Below, in pieces: positions 63,177 to 64,000 of a DNA stretch of 64,000 bases. Origin of the DNA: Bispira polyomma (Eukaryota); assembly GCA_965649765.1 (NCBI GenBank), contig OZ287749.1, positions 65,844,001 through 65,908,000 on the forward strand, given 5' to 3'. The stretch's first letter is position 1. Each line of letters begins with the position of its first letter. The translations under genes and the position numbers were made by a program. The notes beneath the pieces were generated by a model that saw nothing but the letters and a program-made list of their open reading frames with translations, was not told where the DNA came from and did no database searches.

Positions 63177-63389
63177 TTTTTTTCTCGAAGAGGGCTTCTA
63201 AATGCTAGACTGGTATTTTTAAAGTGTTTTTTTTTTTTTTTTGTAAAATTTTGATTACAATAAACTTTTGCTTTAAGAAGAACTTTGAGGTTCTGAGAAT
63301 ACCACAATATATAACTGAATCTCTAAAATACTTGTGACAATAATGTTCTAAGTAAATCTACTGACTGTACTGATGTAGTGAATTCACAA

Positions 63390-63425
63390 GAATGACTTTT
63401 GACCAAGTAGGGTGTCCTATTTATA
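63390..63425 (-). promoter_or_regulatory. Core promoter of the Fox gene: TATA box and Inr
   Basis: TATAAATA at 63425-63418 and TCATTC with A at 63393, i.e. TATA starts at -32. Confidence 0.6.
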
Positions 63426-64000
63426 CTACTTTAGGTAGAGCTATAGTTAATTTTAATTTATAAATCTATTACAATTTACTCTTTAATTTCTTCTCAATGT
63501 AGTGACAGAACTCCGGAACTGAGTAGCTCTTAAGAACCTTACCCCACCTAACGGTACCCATGTGTCCTGTATTGTAGTAAGCAGTAATATGTGAGTAGGT
63601 AAGTCAGATATTAAAACAGCCCAGTGATTCGGTAGCTAGAAGTGAAATCGGCGGTGTGGCCTCGGCCGAACGGAGATTAAGCCTTTTGAAATTGCAATTG
63701 ATACAACTTCAGCAGTAAAAGAGTGAAAAACAAAGGAAAGGCTGTAGGTGAGTAGACATTGATTTAGTATGTGTTTAACATTAATTGTTTAAAAACAACA
63801 AATCCATGTACACTCACACTGTGTTATTTATTATTATTTATTTGTATACGACAAATAGTAGAAGAAAGTGAAGTAAGTTTGAAACATACTATCAACCTCA
63901 AAATGTTTTGTTGTTTTTTTTAAAATTGTAAACAGATCTTTTTGTATCGTACATAAATATATAATTCATTTTATATTTGGATAAAAACTGTAGAACCTGA

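Overview
Eukaryotic, AT-rich, intron-containing animal genomic DNA (repeat landscape and gene content suggest a lophotrochozoan, probably a mollusc; this is inference). Three host genes, all on the minus strand: (1) the 5' seven coding exons of a CPT1-like carnitine acyltransferase (9681 to 846, continuing off the left edge) with a GC-AG first intron; (2) an LRRC74-like leucine-rich-repeat protein with two C-terminal EF-hands (ATG at 56846) that ends in THREE homologous, in-frame, apparently alternative terminal exons (42687-42510, 38827-38683, 26211-26055), each supplying the last residue of the second EF-hand loop and a different charged tail; (3) an intronless, divergent forkhead (Fox) gene (63176-61737) with TATA/Inr and a substituted recognition helix. 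Between and inside them are many transposable elements: a near-intact hAT with 8-bp TSD (3972-7075), a 6.5-kb PIF/Harbinger (16822-23361) nested in another Harbinger and carrying an L1/Tx1 insertion, a pogo-like relic, a full-length decayed Gypsy LTR element with 2.3-kb LTRs and an extra C2H2 zinc-finger ORF (27492-37923) inserted in a 34-bp minisatellite, several MITEs (one triple-nested), SINE/LINE fragments and tandem repeats. All exon models were built by hand from splice sites and reading frame; no database search was possible.
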